Positions 60,586 through 64,000 of a stretch of DNA of 64,000 nucleotides are shown here, piece after piece; positions within the stretch are counted from its first letter, which is position 1; every line of letters begins with the position of its first letter. Where the stretch lies: NCBI GenBank assembly GCA_965240325.2, contig OZ251225.1, positions 3,038,001-3,102,000 on the forward strand, written 5' to 3'. A program made the position numbers and the translations under genes. The stretch comes from Rebecca billardiae RCC1528 (lineage: Eukaryota; Protista; Haptophyta). The notes under the pieces were generated by a model. It was not told where the DNA came from and searched no databases. It was given only the letters and a program-made list of their open reading frames with translations.

Positions 60586-63196
60586 ATGACGGCTGCTCCG
60601 CCAGGGCAGTGGACGAGCGTCCACCAGGCGAGCTCCACCGATGGGGCGGACGACGACGCGCACGCCGCAGACCCACCCGCCACCGCCTCGCCAGAGGCTG
60701 ATGCCGCCGTAAGGCGGGTGCTCGGAGACGCGCGCAAGGCGGGACGGATCCGGCGGCTGCGCACGTCCGGCCCGCCCTTCGCCGTGGCCCTCACGCTCGT
60801 TATTTGCGGCGTGACGCTCTTCACGCGGATCCAGGAGGAGGGCTTCGAGGCTAGGGCGTACGAGGTGCCCTCGCAAGAGATCGCGACGTACTTCCTCTTG
60901 ATGGCCATGCCGTTCGCGCTGCTCAGCCTGCAGCCGTCCGACACGTTCGCCACGGCGTTCGTCCTGCTGGCGATAGCGGTGGCCGTGAACATGATCATCA
61001 TCACGATCCTGTCCGACCTCGACAACGTGCTCCGCGTCGGTCGCTCGTGCGCCGAGCGGCAGGCGCGGCTGATGCTGTACGGCCGCGCGGGCTTTGACTT
61101 TGCCGGCTACGGCACCGCCGCCGTCTTCTCTGCGAGCGCGGTGGCGCAGTGGGCGTGGCGGGAGTGGCGGCACCGGCGGCGGCGGCGGGGGGAGGCGGCC
61201 GGTCGGCCGCCCCCCTCCCCCGGAGCCCCCGCCGCCCCCGCTGCGCCGCTGCCCGAGCGCATCACCGGGCGCGCGCTGCTGCTCCGGCTGTGGGCGGCCA
61301 TCGCCATGCTGGCCGTCACCTCGTCCGCCTCCGCCTTCCTCTGGGGCGGCTTCCAGGCGGCGAGCTGCTCGGAGCACGTCGCGGGCAGCGGGTGCAGCTT
61401 GCGCCTGTCCTTCGCGAGCGGCGTGCTCTCGGCCGCCGTCGCGATCTTCGCGCTGCGCCCGTCCTCGCGCGTGTGGGTGCACTCGCTGCTCGCGCCGCAC
61501 ACACACGGCGTCGCGTCTGCGGCCGGTGTCGCCTCCATCATCGGCGGCGCCCGGCCCGAGGAGATCCTGGCGCGCGGGCGGCGGCGCATGCGCGCGATCC
61601 CGTGCGACCGGCTCGACCGCTCGCTCTTCGCCACGAACGGCCGCATGGACAACCGCTGGTTCAAGCTGCACTCCGTGCCGGCCGAGCTTGGCAGCGTGGA
61701 TGCCTTTGTGAGCCACTCGGTGCGGCGCCATCACCGCGCCGGGCGGCCGCGCGCTGGCCGCCCATGCCGCGGCGCGCGCGCCACCGCGCCGGGCAGCCGC
61801 GCGTCTGCGCGCGCCGGGCGCAGCGCGCGCGGCTTGCGTGTGTGCGCGCGCGTGCGACCTGTGCGCGCGCGAGGGGGCACGGGGCGGCGTGTCGACCCGA
61901 GCGGCTGTGCGCGCGGCCGCGCACTCATCGCATGCCCCGCGCGCACCCCTCGCCGCGCGCACGCGCGCACAGTGGCACGATGACCCGGAGGCGAAGTGGG
62001 CGGCGCTGCAGGCGTGGCGGCGCGACTTCAAGGCGCGCGAGGGCGGGCGCGAGCCGCGCATCTGGTTCGACCGCGCGTGCATCGACCAGGAGGACGTGAG
62101 CGCCGACCTGCCCTTCCTCCCGGTCTACCTCGCCGGCTGCCACCAGCTGCTGATCCTGTGCGGCACAACGTACCTGCAGCGCATGTGGTGCGTGGTCGAG
62201 CTGCTCGTGTTCGAGCAGATGGGCGGCGACGACGTGCAGATGTACCTGCTGCCCGGGCTGGAGGCGGAGGCGCTGGGCAGCTTCGAGCTGGCGGGCTGCC
62301 GCTGCGCGCTGCAGTCCGACTTTGAGCGGCTGCAGTCGGCGATTGAGAGCGCAGTCGGCTCCAAGGAGGACTTCAACCAGCTCACGCGCGCGCTGCTCGC
62401 GCGCTCGCGCACGGCGACGCTGACTCCGGCCGAGCTCGCGGCGGGCGCTTCGGATCAGCACGACGGGAGCTCGCGGCGCAGCAGCTCGAAGGCGCCCGTC
62501 TTCTCCGGCAACCGCCGCGCCTCGGCGCTGCGCGGCCGCTCGCCGGTCAAGTCGGCCAACCCCGGGCCCAGCGCGATCGAGGCAGGCACGGCCGCGGAGC
62601 CGAGCGGCGACTCGGCCGCGCTCGCCACGCCGCGCCGCCGGCTGCGCGACAAGCACCTCACCGCGATCGTGCTCGTCGTCGCGATGGCCCTCGGCTTCGC
62701 CGGAGGCGCGATCGGCGGCGCCGCGGGCTCGAACGCGGCGTGCGCAGAGTGCGAGCGCATGGTCGGCGCGCCGCCGCCGCGCGACAAGGCCCACGCCGTC
62801 CGGCTCGGCGAGCGCCGCTTCACCGTGTGGCGCACGCCGGCCACGTGGCGCGAGGCTCGCGCCGAGTGCGCGCGCAGGGGCGGCGGGCTCGCCACGGTCA
62901 GCTCGGACGCGCAGCGCGCCGCCGTGCGCTGCCTGCTTTTCGACGACGTGCGGCCATCGTGGATCGGGCTCTCCACGCGCGGCGACCCGGAGGACGAAGC
63001 GACGTGGCGCTGGACGGACGGCAGCCGGGCCGTGGCGCACAACAGCTGGAAGGCGGATCAGCCGCGCGAGCCCGACGAGGGCGGCGAGCCCGCCGCGGGC
63101 GACCCGAGCGCGTGCGCGAGCACGCTCGCCGGCTGGTGGGCCGCGGAGTGGTGCCAGCACGAGCGCAGCTACGTCTGCGAGTTCGCTATCGACTGA
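60586..63196 (+). CDS. Multi-pass membrane protein with TIR-like domain, further TM helix and C-terminal C-type lectin domain, ~785 aa. Exons 60586-61719 and 61973-63196
   Basis: About six hydrophobic helices. Splicing 61720-61972 creates DAFVSHSWHDD...IWFDRACIDQ...YLQRMWCVVEL. TM LTAIVLVVAMALGFAGG. CTLD TWREARAECARRGGGLATV...WIGL...WRWTDGS...C...C..ERSYVCE. Confidence 0.85.
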
Positions 63197-63233
63197 CACT
63201 GATAGTGGCAGCGGCTGATCACACGATGACTGC

Positions 63234-63635
63234 CTCGGATAGTGGTTTGAGGTTGGGTGAGGGTGGTGGTTGGTTGGGGGCTGGCCAGGGTAGGGCTGGA
63301 GGCTTCGGCCGCCAGTCTGATCACCCGGAGCCCGTTATTATATATTATAAAACTATAAAGGGGAAATTTAAAAACACCGTCACCGGTCGGCAGGACTTAT
63401 TAACGTGATCTCATCACGCGTATATTTGACTACCCCCCCCCCCCCCATACCCCCATATGTGTTTTTTCTGTATGTCGTCCGGTTCCACGGTATTTGATGG
63501 TCCTTTGGTTCCACTTTTAAATTCCCCTTTATAACGGGCTCCGGGTGATCAGGCTGGCGGCCGAAGCCTCCAGCCCTACCCTGGCCAGCCCCCAACCAAC
63601 CACCACCCTCACCCAACCTCAAACCACTGACCGAG
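63234..63635. repeat. Inverted repeat with ~100-140-bp arms around an AT-rich spacer, likely transposon-derived
   Basis: 63241-63338 is the reverse complement of 63531-63628 (one mismatch); the match extends through TATAAAGGGGAA(A)TTTAAAA after an indel. Confidence 0.88.
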
Positions 63636-64000
63636 ACACCTAGTGTCTTGACACCACTCCACTGTGGACAGCCCGCCTCCAGAGGGGGCGGGGGTATGCC
63701 ATTGCCAACAGCATACGAGCCCAACACTGTGGGGTGGTCCCAGGTACAAGCAGTGTACGGCCTTGCAATTCAAGATCACCGAGTTTGAGCCGAGTCGGCA
63801 GAAGGGGCACCCCCTAGGGTGCCCCAGTGTGGGCAGAGGGCCAGCCACTAGCCGATCCCTGCGCGGGGAAGGGAACTGAGGGGACTGTCATCGAGCCCAG
63901 TAGCTGGGCAGGGGTCTGGGCCACTGGCCCTGGCAGCGAGGCGCCTGTATTTCACTCGTGCAGCTATGGAGGCAGAGGGGGTCATGTCAGACATGTGTGC

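Noticed and set aside
63300-63560. Hammerhead ribozyme / Penelope-like signature in the terminal inverted repeat
   Set aside because: CTGATCA is present but not the CTGANGA...GAAA core.
1-64000. tRNA, rRNA or snRNA genes
   Set aside because: None recognised by eye; a tRNAscan-SE/Infernal run is needed to exclude them.

Overview
Very GC-rich eukaryotic DNA with short GC-rich GT-AG introns (donor usually GTGCG); style suggests a haptophyte alga such as Pavlovales (inference only). Bases 1-14601 (minus strand) hold one intron-free ORF of at least 4867 codons that the ORF track misses because it runs off the left edge. It encodes signal peptide, six FG-GAP/integrin-alpha blades, a ~1950-aa Ser-Pro stalk, a SEA-like unit, 12 copies of a ~100-aa Cys/Trp module, five IPT/TIG domains and a REJ domain (polycystin-1-like). 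Head-to-head with it is a myosin with a CEP164-like WW region and a divergent Tubby-like tail. Then come a tandem fucosyltransferase-like gene, CGI121/TPRKB, a copper type II monooxygenase, and an intact two-gene PIF/Harbinger transposon whose empty target site is also in the window. These are followed by an ~8-kb mosaic satellite, a decayed DEDD-exonuclease/transposase relic, and two inverted paralogous PKD2/TRPP channel genes flanking a 765-bp palindrome and a GT10 fucosyltransferase. The right end has a GT15-like gene, an orphan gene, a multi-TM + TIR-like + TM + C-type-lectin receptor gene and an inverted repeat. Best candidates for new biology: a possible polycystin sensory module (PKD1-like stalked adhesin, unusual PKD2 channels, myosin-WW-Tubby motor) and the lectin-TIR receptor. 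All domain calls are by eye, not from database searches.
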